From an uncultured Bacilli bacterium (lineage in GTDB: Bacteria > Bacillota_I > Bacilli_A > RF39 > UBA660), in the NCBI GenBank assembly GCA_947626565.1, contig CANQSQ010000005.1, forward strand, positions 6,462-70,461: DNA of 64,000 nucleotides, in the 5' to 3' direction. The notes below the pieces were generated by a model that worked only from the letters and a program-made list of their open reading frames with translations, did not search any database and had not been told where the DNA came from. Positions 40,381-47,977 of this stretch are shown here, piece by piece. The position numbers and the translations under genes are program-made. The first letter of the stretch is position 1. Each line of letters starts with the position of its first letter.

Positions 40381-40515
40381 ACGTTTTTCTTATATTAGAA
40401 GGGCGTTTTATTTAGGTTTAGAGAGTTCTTATTTTGTCAAATTAAGTAAATCAACATTGAAAAAAAAGTAATTTTCCTCTATACTTAGTATTAGCAAGAT
40501 TAGGAGTGATAAAGA

Positions 40516-42417
40516 ATGGCCCTAAAATATGATGAGTCATCTATAAAAATATTAGAAGGATTAGAAGCAGTTAGAAAAAGACCAGGTATGTATATTGGTT
40601 CAACCGATAAACGTGGTTTACATCACCTAGTATGGGAAATAGTTGATAATTCTATCGATGAAGCTATTAATGGTTTTGGTGATTATATCAAAATAACACT
40701 TCATAAAGATAAATCGGTAAGTGTAGAAGATCATGGACGAGGATTGCCAACAGGAATGCATGCTTCAGGTCGGTCAACACCTGAAGTTATATTTACGGTT
40801 TTACATGCAGGTGGTAAATTCGAAAGCGAAGGATATAAGGTATCAGGTGGATTACATGGAGTTGGTTCTAGTGTAGTTAATGCCTTGTCAAAATGGATGG
40901 AAGTTACCATTAAGCATAATAAAGAAGAATATTATATTCGTTTTGAAAACGGGGGAGAAGTTGCAGTACCATTAAAGAAAATAGGAACAACTAATAAATC
41001 AGGAACAATAGTTAGATTTTTACCTGATGATGAGATATTTGCTACAACTAATTTTTCATATACAACAATATGTGAAAGAATGCAGGAATCAGCTTTTTTA
41101 TTAAAAGGAATTACTATTGAAGTAGTTGATGAAGAAGACGAAAGAGATGCTAAATTTCATTATGAAAGAGGAATAGAAGAATTTGTTGAAGAGTTAAATA
41201 AAGGAAAAGAAACACTACATAAAGTATTAGCAATTGTTGGTGAAAAAGAGAAAATTGAAGTAGAAATTGCGATGCAATATACTGATACTTATAATGAAAA
41301 TATTGTTAGTTTTGTTAATAATGTTAAGACAATAGATGGTGGTTCTCATGAGGTTGGTTTTAAAACAGCTTTGACACGGGTTTTTAATGATTATGCTAAA
41401 AGTAATGGTTTTGTAAAAGAAAAAGATAAGGCCTTTGAAGGTAGCGATGTTCGTGAAGGCTTAACGGCAGTTATTAGTTTAAAAATACCAGAGGGAATTT
41501 TACAATTTGAAGGACAAACAAAAGGTAAACTTGGAACGCCAGCGGCTAAGACTGTAGTAGAAAATATTGTTAATGAACAAATGCGGGTATATTTAGAGGA
41601 AAATAAGGCTATCGCAACCGAAATAATAAATAAATCACTTCGTAGTAAAGTAGCTAGAGAAGCAGCTAGAAAAGCTCGTGAAGAAGCTAGGAAGGGAAAT
41701 AAGAAAAATAATAAAGAAAGATCCCTTTCAGGAAAATTAGCTCCTGCGCAAAGTAAAGATAGAGAAAAAAAAGAATTGTTTTTAGTCGAAGGAGATTCAG
41801 CAGGTGGTTCAGCTAAACAAGGTCGAGATCGAAAATATCAAGCTATCTTGCCTTTACGTGGTAAAGTGTTGAATACGGAAAAAACCAAAGAAGATGAAAT
41901 TTTAAAAAATGAAGAAATAAATACAATGATTTATACAATTGGAGCAGGATATGGTTCTAATTTTGATATAAAAGATTGCGAGTATAGTAAAGTTATTATC
42001 ATGAGTGATGCTGATGAAGATGGTGGACATATTCAATGTTTATTATTGACATTTTTTTATCGGTATATGAAACCTTTAATTGAAGATGGAAGATTATTTG
42101 TAGCTTTACCGCCTTTATTTAAAATACAAAGTGGAAAAGAAATAGACTATGCTTATACAGTAGAAGAGATGCAAGATAAAGCTAAAGGACGTAAATGTGA
42201 AATTCAAAGATATAAAGGTCTTGGTGAGATGAATGCCGATCAATTGTGTGAAACTACTATGAAACCAGGAAGTAGAACGTTAATTAGAGTAAATATTGAA
42301 GATGCTCAATTAGCGGAGAAGAGAGTATCAATTCTAATGGGTGATGATGTACCTCCACGTAAAGAATGGATTGAAGAGAATGTTGAATTTTCTCTAGAAG
42401 ATGATTATGAAATATAA
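40516..42417 (+). CDS. parE: Type IIA topoisomerase subunit B, most likely topoisomerase IV ParE
   Basis: It has a GHKL ATPase (LEAVRKRPGMYIGS, GGLHGVG), a Toprim domain (ELFLVEGDSAGGSAKQGRDR, IMSDADEDGGHI) and lies adjacent to the A subunit. I chose ParE over GyrB by inference from its partner, which lacks a GyrA box. Confidence 0.8.
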   Translation: MALKYDESSIKILEGLEAVRKRPGMYIGSTDKRGLHHLVWEIVDNSIDEAINGFGDYIKITLHKDKSVSVEDHGRGLPTGMHASGRSTPEVIFTVLHAGGKFESEGYKVSGGLHGVGSSVVNALSKWMEVTIKHNKEEYYIRFENGGEVAVPLKKIGTTNKSGTIVRFLPDDEIFATTNFSYTTICERMQESAFLLKGITIEVVDEEDERDAKFHYERGIEEFVEELNKGKETLHKVLAIVGEKEKIEVEIAMQYTDTYNENIVSFVNNVKTIDGGSHEVGFKTALTRVFNDYAKSNGFVKEKDKAFEGSDVREGLTAVISLKIPEGILQFEGQTKGKLGTPAAKTVVENIVNEQMRVYLEENKAIATEIINKSLRSKVAREAARKAREEARKGNKKNNKERSLSGKLAPAQSKDREKKELFLVEGDSAGGSAKQGRDRKYQAILPLRGKVLNTEKTKEDEILKNEEINTMIYTIGAGYGSNFDIKDCEYSKVIIMSDADEDGGHIQCLLLTFFYRYMKPLIEDGRLFVALPPLFKIQSGKEIDYAYTVEEMQDKAKGRKCEIQRYKGLGEMNADQLCETTMKPGSRTLIRVNIEDAQLAEKRVSILMGDDVPPRKEWIEENVEFSLEDDYEI

Positions 42418-42434
42418 AAGAAATAGGTGATGAC

Positions 42435-45026
42435 ATGCCAAAGAAGAAAACAGAAACAGAAGAAATAATTGAAAAAATATTCGATTATACTTTAGAAGAC
42501 ATAATGGGAGAAAGATTTGGAAGTTATTCTAAGTATATAATTCAAGATCGAGCTATTCCAGATGCTAGAGATGGATTAAAACCTGTTCAAAGACGTATTT
42601 TGTATTCCATGCATAAAGAGAAAAATACGTATGATAGAGGATATCGAAAAAGTGCTAAAACAGTTGGAGATGTTATAGGTAATTACCATCCTCATGGGGA
42701 TACATCAATATATGATGCTATGGTAAGAATGAGTCAACCTTGGAAAACAAGACTTCCTTATATTGATATGCATGGTAATAATGGTTCAATTGATGGTGAT
42801 AGTCCAGCAGCTTATCGTTATACGGAAGCTAGGTTGTCTAAGATATCAAATGAAATGTTAAGAGATATTGATAAGGATACAGTTGAGTTTGCTCCAAACT
42901 TTGATGATACTACAACTGAACCAACTGTGTTGCCAGCAAGATTTCCAGCTTTACTTGTGTATGGGGCTCAAGGAATTTCGGCAGGATATGCGACTAATAT
43001 TCCTCCACATAATTTAAATGAAGTTATTGATGCAACTATTCATCGAATTGATAATCCAAATTGTAGTTTAGATACTTTGATGAAATATGTTAAAGGACCT
43101 GATTTTCCAACGGGAGGAATAGTTGAAGGTTTAGCAGGTATTAAAGAGGCTTATGAAACAGGTCGAGGAAAGATTATTGTTAAAAGCAAATATGTAATTG
43201 AAGAAGGGAAAAGTCAAAATTCTATTGTAATTACCGAAATACCATTTGAAGTTAATAAGGCTTTAATGGTAAAGAAAATTGATGATATTCGTATTGATAA
43301 GAAAATTGAGGGTATTATTGAAGTAAGAGATGAATCGGCTGCGGATATTAGAGTGGTAATTGATGTTAAGAAAAATGCTAATATTGATTTAATTATTAAT
43401 TACTTATTAAAAAATACAGATATGCAAATAAGTTATAACTTTAATGTAGTATCGATTGTTAATAGAAGACCTAAATTATTAGGTTTAGCCGCAGCCTTAG
43501 ATGCTTTTATTGCTCATCAAAAAGAAGTCGTAAAAAGAAGAACAGAATTTGATTTAAAACATGCTAAAGCAAGATTCCATATAGTTGAAGGTTTAATTAA
43601 ATGTATTTCTATACTTGATGAAGTTATTAAAGTAATACGAGCTTCTAAAAATAAGATGGATGCTAAAGAAAATTTAGTAAAAGAGTTTGCTTTTTCAGAG
43701 GAACAAGCTGAGGCTATTGTTACTTTACAATTATATAGATTAACAAATACCGATGTAGTTGCTTTGCAAAATGAATTAGAGTCTTTAGAAAAAATTATTA
43801 ATGGTCTTACTGCTATTTTAGGTAGTGAAGAGGTATTAAAATCAGTAATGAAAAAAGATTTACGAGATGTTAAGAAAGAGTATGAAACACCACGTCTTAC
43901 AGAAATAAAAGATGAAATTACAGAGATAAAGATAGATACTGAGGCATTGATACCAAAAGAAGACGTAGTAGTTATGATTACTAAAGATGGCTATATTAAG
44001 AGAACGTCATTTAGGAGTTATAGTGCTTCTAATACAGAAGATTCAGTTATTAAAGAGAATGATTATGTTATTGGTTTGTATGAGATGAATACAACAGATA
44101 CTTTATTAGTATTTACAACGGGTGGTAATTATTTACATATCCCTGTTCATATTATTCCTGATTTAAAATGGAAAGATATGCCAAAACATGTAAGTAATAT
44201 TATTGAGTTGCCTAAGGAAGATAGTATTGTTGCTGCTATACCGGCTTATGATTTTGAAACAGATAAAAATGTAATTATAGTGACGAAAAATGGTATGATT
44301 AAACGTTCTAAGTTAAAAGATTTTAAACTTCTTCGTTATAATAAAGCTACATCATGTATGAAGTTAAAAGATGAGGATGAGTTAATTGAAGCATTTGTTG
44401 AAGAAAAAGATTGTCTTTTTCTAACAACGAACTCAGGTTATGGGTTAACGTTTAAAGTTGATGAAGTACCATTAGTAGGAGTAAAAGCTTCTGGAGTAAA
44501 AGCTATGAAATTAAAAGATGATTATTTAGTTTCAGTTAATAATTTTGCTTATGAGCAAGATGAGTTTATTAGTATTATTACTAATAAAGGTACTGGTAAG
44601 CGAGTACGACTACAAGAGTTTGAATTGTCTTCTAGAACTAGACGAGGTCTACAAGTAATAAGAGAAGTAAAATCAAATCCAAGTGAAGTTATAAAGACAT
44701 TTATAGTAGAGTCAAAAAATCATATTGGAGTTAAGAATGGAGAAATTGAAATACTTAAATTAACAGAATTATCAATATGTGATCGCTATTCACTAGGTAA
44801 TCAAATATCAAAACATAAACTGCAAACAGCTTTCTTGGTTGCTAATTTAGTAATGCCAAGTAGGGAACAAGCAACAATAATAACGGAAGAAAAAGATATA
44901 AAAAGTCTAGAAGAGCCGGTTATTATAGAGTCTAAACCAGTTTTAAAGAAAGATAAAATTTCTCTAAAAGAAATAGATGATAGACTTATGACAATAGATG
45001 ATTTTATAAATAGTAATGAAGATTAG
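42435..45026 (+). CDS. parC: Type IIA topoisomerase subunit A, most likely topoisomerase IV ParC
   Basis: It has typical GyrA/ParC motifs (RDGLKPVQRRILY, GNYHPHGD, and AAYRYTEARL carrying the catalytic Tyr). I found no QRRGGKG-type GyrA box in the C-terminal domain. Confidence 0.8.
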   Translation: MPKKKTETEEIIEKIFDYTLEDIMGERFGSYSKYIIQDRAIPDARDGLKPVQRRILYSMHKEKNTYDRGYRKSAKTVGDVIGNYHPHGDTSIYDAMVRMSQPWKTRLPYIDMHGNNGSIDGDSPAAYRYTEARLSKISNEMLRDIDKDTVEFAPNFDDTTTEPTVLPARFPALLVYGAQGISAGYATNIPPHNLNEVIDATIHRIDNPNCSLDTLMKYVKGPDFPTGGIVEGLAGIKEAYETGRGKIIVKSKYVIEEGKSQNSIVITEIPFEVNKALMVKKIDDIRIDKKIEGIIEVRDESAADIRVVIDVKKNANIDLIINYLLKNTDMQISYNFNVVSIVNRRPKLLGLAAALDAFIAHQKEVVKRRTEFDLKHAKARFHIVEGLIKCISILDEVIKVIRASKNKMDAKENLVKEFAFSEEQAEAIVTLQLYRLTNTDVVALQNELESLEKIINGLTAILGSEEVLKSVMKKDLRDVKKEYETPRLTEIKDEITEIKIDTEALIPKEDVVVMITKDGYIKRTSFRSYSASNTEDSVIKENDYVIGLYEMNTTDTLLVFTTGGNYLHIPVHIIPDLKWKDMPKHVSNIIELPKEDSIVAAIPAYDFETDKNVIIVTKNGMIKRSKLKDFKLLRYNKATSCMKLKDEDELIEAFVEEKDCLFLTTNSGYGLTFKVDEVPLVGVKASGVKAMKLKDDYLVSVNNFAYEQDEFISIITNKGTGKRVRLQEFELSSRTRRGLQVIREVKSNPSEVIKTFIVESKNHIGVKNGEIEILKLTELSICDRYSLGNQISKHKLQTAFLVANLVMPSREQATIITEEKDIKSLEEPVIIESKPVLKKDKISLKEIDDRLMTIDDFINSNED

Positions 45027-45037
45027 ATAATGATAAA

Positions 45038-45073
45038 AAGCATTTTTAGAGAGTGATAGAAATGCTTTTTTTT
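45038..45073 (+). terminator. Intrinsic terminator after parC
   Basis: The stem aaagcattt/aaatgcttt has a 13-nt loop and is followed by a T-run. Confidence 0.75.
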
Positions 45074-45117
45074 GAGAGATAATTAAATAGGACTAAGTTA
45101 GTGATAAAATAATAAAA

Positions 45118-45146
45118 TTGACAAAATTTATTATTTGGTGTAAAAT
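45118..45146 (+). promoter_or_regulatory. Near-consensus sigma-A promoter of the leuS leader
   Basis: The -35 is TTGACA (45118-45123), the spacer is 17 bp, and the -10 is TAAAAT (45141-45146). Confidence 0.65.
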
Positions 45147-45171
45147 TGTATGTGCAAAGGAGAGATAGACT

Positions 45172-45258
45172 ATGAAAAATATTCGTAATAATGCCTTATA
45201 TTTAGACTTATTATTAAACCGATTATGTAGTAATGGGTCTATTTTGAGTGCAATATAA
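45172..45258 (+). CDS. Candidate Leu-rich leader peptide (28 aa) of a leuS transcription attenuator
   Basis: My hand translation is MKNIRNNALYLDLLLNRLCSNGSILSAI. An RBS (AAGGAGAG) lies 7 nt upstream. Six of codons 9-18 are TTA (Leu). The ORF overlaps alternative pairing segments 1 and 2 described in the findings. Confidence 0.6.
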   Translation: MKNIRNNALYLDLLLNRLCSNGSILSAI

Positions 45259-45281
45259 GATATAAAAATGTGTAATTAAAT

Positions 45282-45322
45282 AGAGTCAATACTACAAAGT
45301 TAAAGTATTGACTCTATTTTTT
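45282..45322 (+). terminator. Attenuator terminator immediately upstream of leuS
   Basis: A perfect 12-bp stem agagtcaatact (45282-45293) / agtattgactct (45304-45315) is followed by aTTTTTT. It lies 22 nt before the leuS ATG. Confidence 0.85.
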
Positions 45323-45344
45323 GATTAAGAAAGAAGGAAATGAA

Positions 45345-47759
45345 ATGTATAATTTTAAAGAAGTAGAAAAGAAATGGCAAGATAAATGGTTTAAGGAAAA
45401 AAGTTTTAAAGCGATAGATTTTCATCCTACTAAACCTAAATATTATGTTCTTTATGAGTTTTATAATATAAGTGGAAATCTACATATGGGTCATCTTAAG
45501 GGTACTATTCCGGCTGATGCTTTGGCAAGAATGAAGAGATTGCAGGGATATAATGTATTGTTTCCAATAGGTGGTGATTCATTTGGATTGCCAGCTGAAA
45601 ATGCGGCTATTAAGACAGGTATTAATCCAGAAGATTTTGTAAAAGAAGGAATGCAAAGAGTATTGGAGCAATCCAAAAGATTGGGACTTTCATTTGATTG
45701 GGATAGGACTTTTGCTACTAGTGATGCTGATTATTATAAATGGACTCAATGGATATTTTTGCAATTTTTGAAAGAAGGAAAAGCCTATAAAGAAAAAGGA
45801 GTAGTTAATTATTGTCCAAATTGTAAAACAGTTCTTTCTAATGAAGATAGTCAGGGGGGAGAATGTGATAGATGTCATGGTCCAGTAGTACAGGAAGAAA
45901 GATGGGTATGGTTCTTAAAAATGAAAGAGTATTCGGAAAAACTACTTGGAAATATTGAAAGAATTAATATGAATGAAAACCTAAAAGAACTACAAAGAAA
46001 TTGGATTGGTAAAAGTGAAGGTATGCAAGTAACTTTTGACATAGTAGATGAGGAAAATAATAAAGTGTCAACGGTAGATATTTTTACAACTTGTATTGAA
46101 ACAATTTATGGGATAACTTTTTTGGTTATGGCTCCAGAACATAAGTTTATTAATGAATTTAAAGATAAAATAAAAAATATGGATGAAGTAGATGCCTATA
46201 AGAAAAAGACATCTTATAGAAGTGAACTTGATAGAATGGCTGATCAAAAAGAAAAGACAGGTTGTATTGTCAAGGGACTTTATGCGGTAAATCCTGTTAA
46301 TAATAAAAAAGTACCAATATATTTGGCTGATTTTGTTCTAGTTAATTATGGAACAGGAGTAGTTATGGCAGTACCAGCCCATGACCAAAGAGATTATGAA
46401 TTTGCTAAAAAATTTGATATACCTATGATTCAAGTAATTGAAGGAGATATAGGAAAACAAGCTGTTGAAAAATATGATTATTTGAAGAAAAATAGTAAAT
46501 TGATGAATTCTTTAGAGTTTTCAGAAATGACTGTTAATGAGGCTAAAAAGAAGATAAGTGAAAAACTTATAAAGATGGGAATAGCTCAAAAGAAAATAAA
46601 TTATAAGATGCAAGATTGGTCTTTTAATAGACAAAGATATTGGGGAGAACCTTTTCCAGTAGTATTTTGTGATAAATGTGGAACAGTTGGAGTACCAGAA
46701 GATGAACTTCCAGTTATTTTGCCCAAAACAAATGATTATATGCCTAGTGGGAAGGGAGATTCTCCACTTTCAAAGATTGATGAATGGGTAAATTGCAAGT
46801 GTCCTAAATGTGGAGGTCCGGCAAAAAGAGAAACAGATACGATGCCTAACTGGGCTGGTTCTTCGTGGTATTGGTTAAGATATTGTGATCCGCATAATGA
46901 TAAAGCTCTAGCTGATTATGAAAAATTGAAATATTGGGGAAGTGTTGATTGCTACACTGGAGGAACTGAACATATTACAAGACATGTACTTTATGCTTTC
47001 TTTTGGCAAAACTTCCTTTATGAAATAGGAGCTGTACCTACTAGAGATCCTTTTATTAGGAAGATGGGTAGTGGTTTGATACTTGATGATACCGGTAAAA
47101 AGATGAGTAAGAGTTCTACAAACGGTGTTTCTCCTATGGAAGTTATAGAAAAATATGGTACAGATGTAGCAAGACTTCATGTTCACTTTCTATCGGCATA
47201 TGAAGATGATACGCCTTGGACTTATGAAGGTATAAATGGTATTACTAGTTTTATAGATAAAGTTTGGAATCTGCAAAATATGATAAAAGGTGAAGAAGTA
47301 TCTCAAGAACATATTTATGAAATTAATAATTTGATTAAAAAAGTGACCGAGGATATAGAAAATTTGAAACTTAATACTTGTATATCAGCCTTTATGAGTT
47401 TTATAAAGAAGGTTAAAGAAGATAAATTTATTACTAAAGAAGAACTTAGAATATTTTTGATTCTTTTAAATCCACTGGCGCCACATATTACAAGTGAAAT
47501 GTATGAAATTGTCTTTGACAAAAATATAATTGATGAAAAGTGGGTAGATTATGATTCTAAGTATTTGGTAAAAGATGAAATTAATCTTCCAATTCAAATA
47601 AATGGTAAGATGAAAAAAACGATAGCTGTTAGTCAAGAAATAACAGAAGATGAGTTGATAGAAAACATAAAAGAACAATATCCAGGTCTTATAGTTGGAG
47701 AAATAGTAAAAGTAATTTATGTTAAAGGAAAAATTGTAAATATTATTTGTAAAGGATAG
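45345..47759 (+). CDS. leuS: Leucyl-tRNA synthetase
   Basis: It has a HIGH motif (HMGHLKG), a KMSKS motif, a CP1 editing insertion and zinc-binding cysteines (CPNCKT...CDRCHG). The ATG at 45345 (MYNFKEVEKKWQ) is preferred over the TTG at 45321, which lies inside the terminator T-run. Confidence 0.95.
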   Translation: MYNFKEVEKKWQDKWFKEKSFKAIDFHPTKPKYYVLYEFYNISGNLHMGHLKGTIPADALARMKRLQGYNVLFPIGGDSFGLPAENAAIKTGINPEDFVKEGMQRVLEQSKRLGLSFDWDRTFATSDADYYKWTQWIFLQFLKEGKAYKEKGVVNYCPNCKTVLSNEDSQGGECDRCHGPVVQEERWVWFLKMKEYSEKLLGNIERINMNENLKELQRNWIGKSEGMQVTFDIVDEENNKVSTVDIFTTCIETIYGITFLVMAPEHKFINEFKDKIKNMDEVDAYKKKTSYRSELDRMADQKEKTGCIVKGLYAVNPVNNKKVPIYLADFVLVNYGTGVVMAVPAHDQRDYEFAKKFDIPMIQVIEGDIGKQAVEKYDYLKKNSKLMNSLEFSEMTVNEAKKKISEKLIKMGIAQKKINYKMQDWSFNRQRYWGEPFPVVFCDKCGTVGVPEDELPVILPKTNDYMPSGKGDSPLSKIDEWVNCKCPKCGGPAKRETDTMPNWAGSSWYWLRYCDPHNDKALADYEKLKYWGSVDCYTGGTEHITRHVLYAFFWQNFLYEIGAVPTRDPFIRKMGSGLILDDTGKKMSKSSTNGVSPMEVIEKYGTDVARLHVHFLSAYEDDTPWTYEGINGITSFIDKVWNLQNMIKGEEVSQEHIYEINNLIKKVTEDIENLKLNTCISAFMSFIKKVKEDKFITKEELRIFLILLNPLAPHITSEMYEIVFDKNIIDEKWVDYDSKYLVKDEINLPIQINGKMKKTIAVSQEITEDELIENIKEQYPGLIVGEIVKVIYVKGKIVNIICKG

Positions 47760-47865
47760 GATGAAGTAAAAGAAAAGCTTGAAGAAAAGAAATAAGATAA
47801 ATAAGTATCCAAAAAAAGTTGAATTAGATGATATAAATTGCAAAGAAGTAGTAATTAAGTTGAAA

Positions 47866-47895
47866 AAGGCATTTCCATTAAGTGAAATGCTTTTT
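47866..47895 (+). terminator. Intrinsic terminator after leuS
   Basis: The stem gcatttc/gaaatgc has an 8-nt loop and is followed by T5. Confidence 0.7.
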
Positions 47896-47913
47896 GTATG
47901 GAAAGGTGGAATA

Positions 47914-47941
47914 TTGACAGGAAAAGCGTCGGTGGTATAAT
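47914..47941 (+). promoter_or_regulatory. Consensus sigma-A promoter of the vWA surface-protein gene
   Basis: The -35 is TTGACA (47914-47919), the spacer is 16 bp, and the extended -10 is TGgTATAAT (-10 hexamer at 47936-47941). Confidence 0.65.
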
Positions 47942-47977
47942 ATTTTTATATAGTATAGGATGAGTGGTGAAGTAATT

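Noticed and set aside
45074-45344. I looked for a T-box riboswitch upstream of leuS, which is the expected Firmicute mechanism.
   Set aside because: I found no GGTGGTACCGCG-like T-box core and no AG-bulge or distal-loop motifs. The leader is short (~170 nt) and is explained better by the leader-peptide attenuator.
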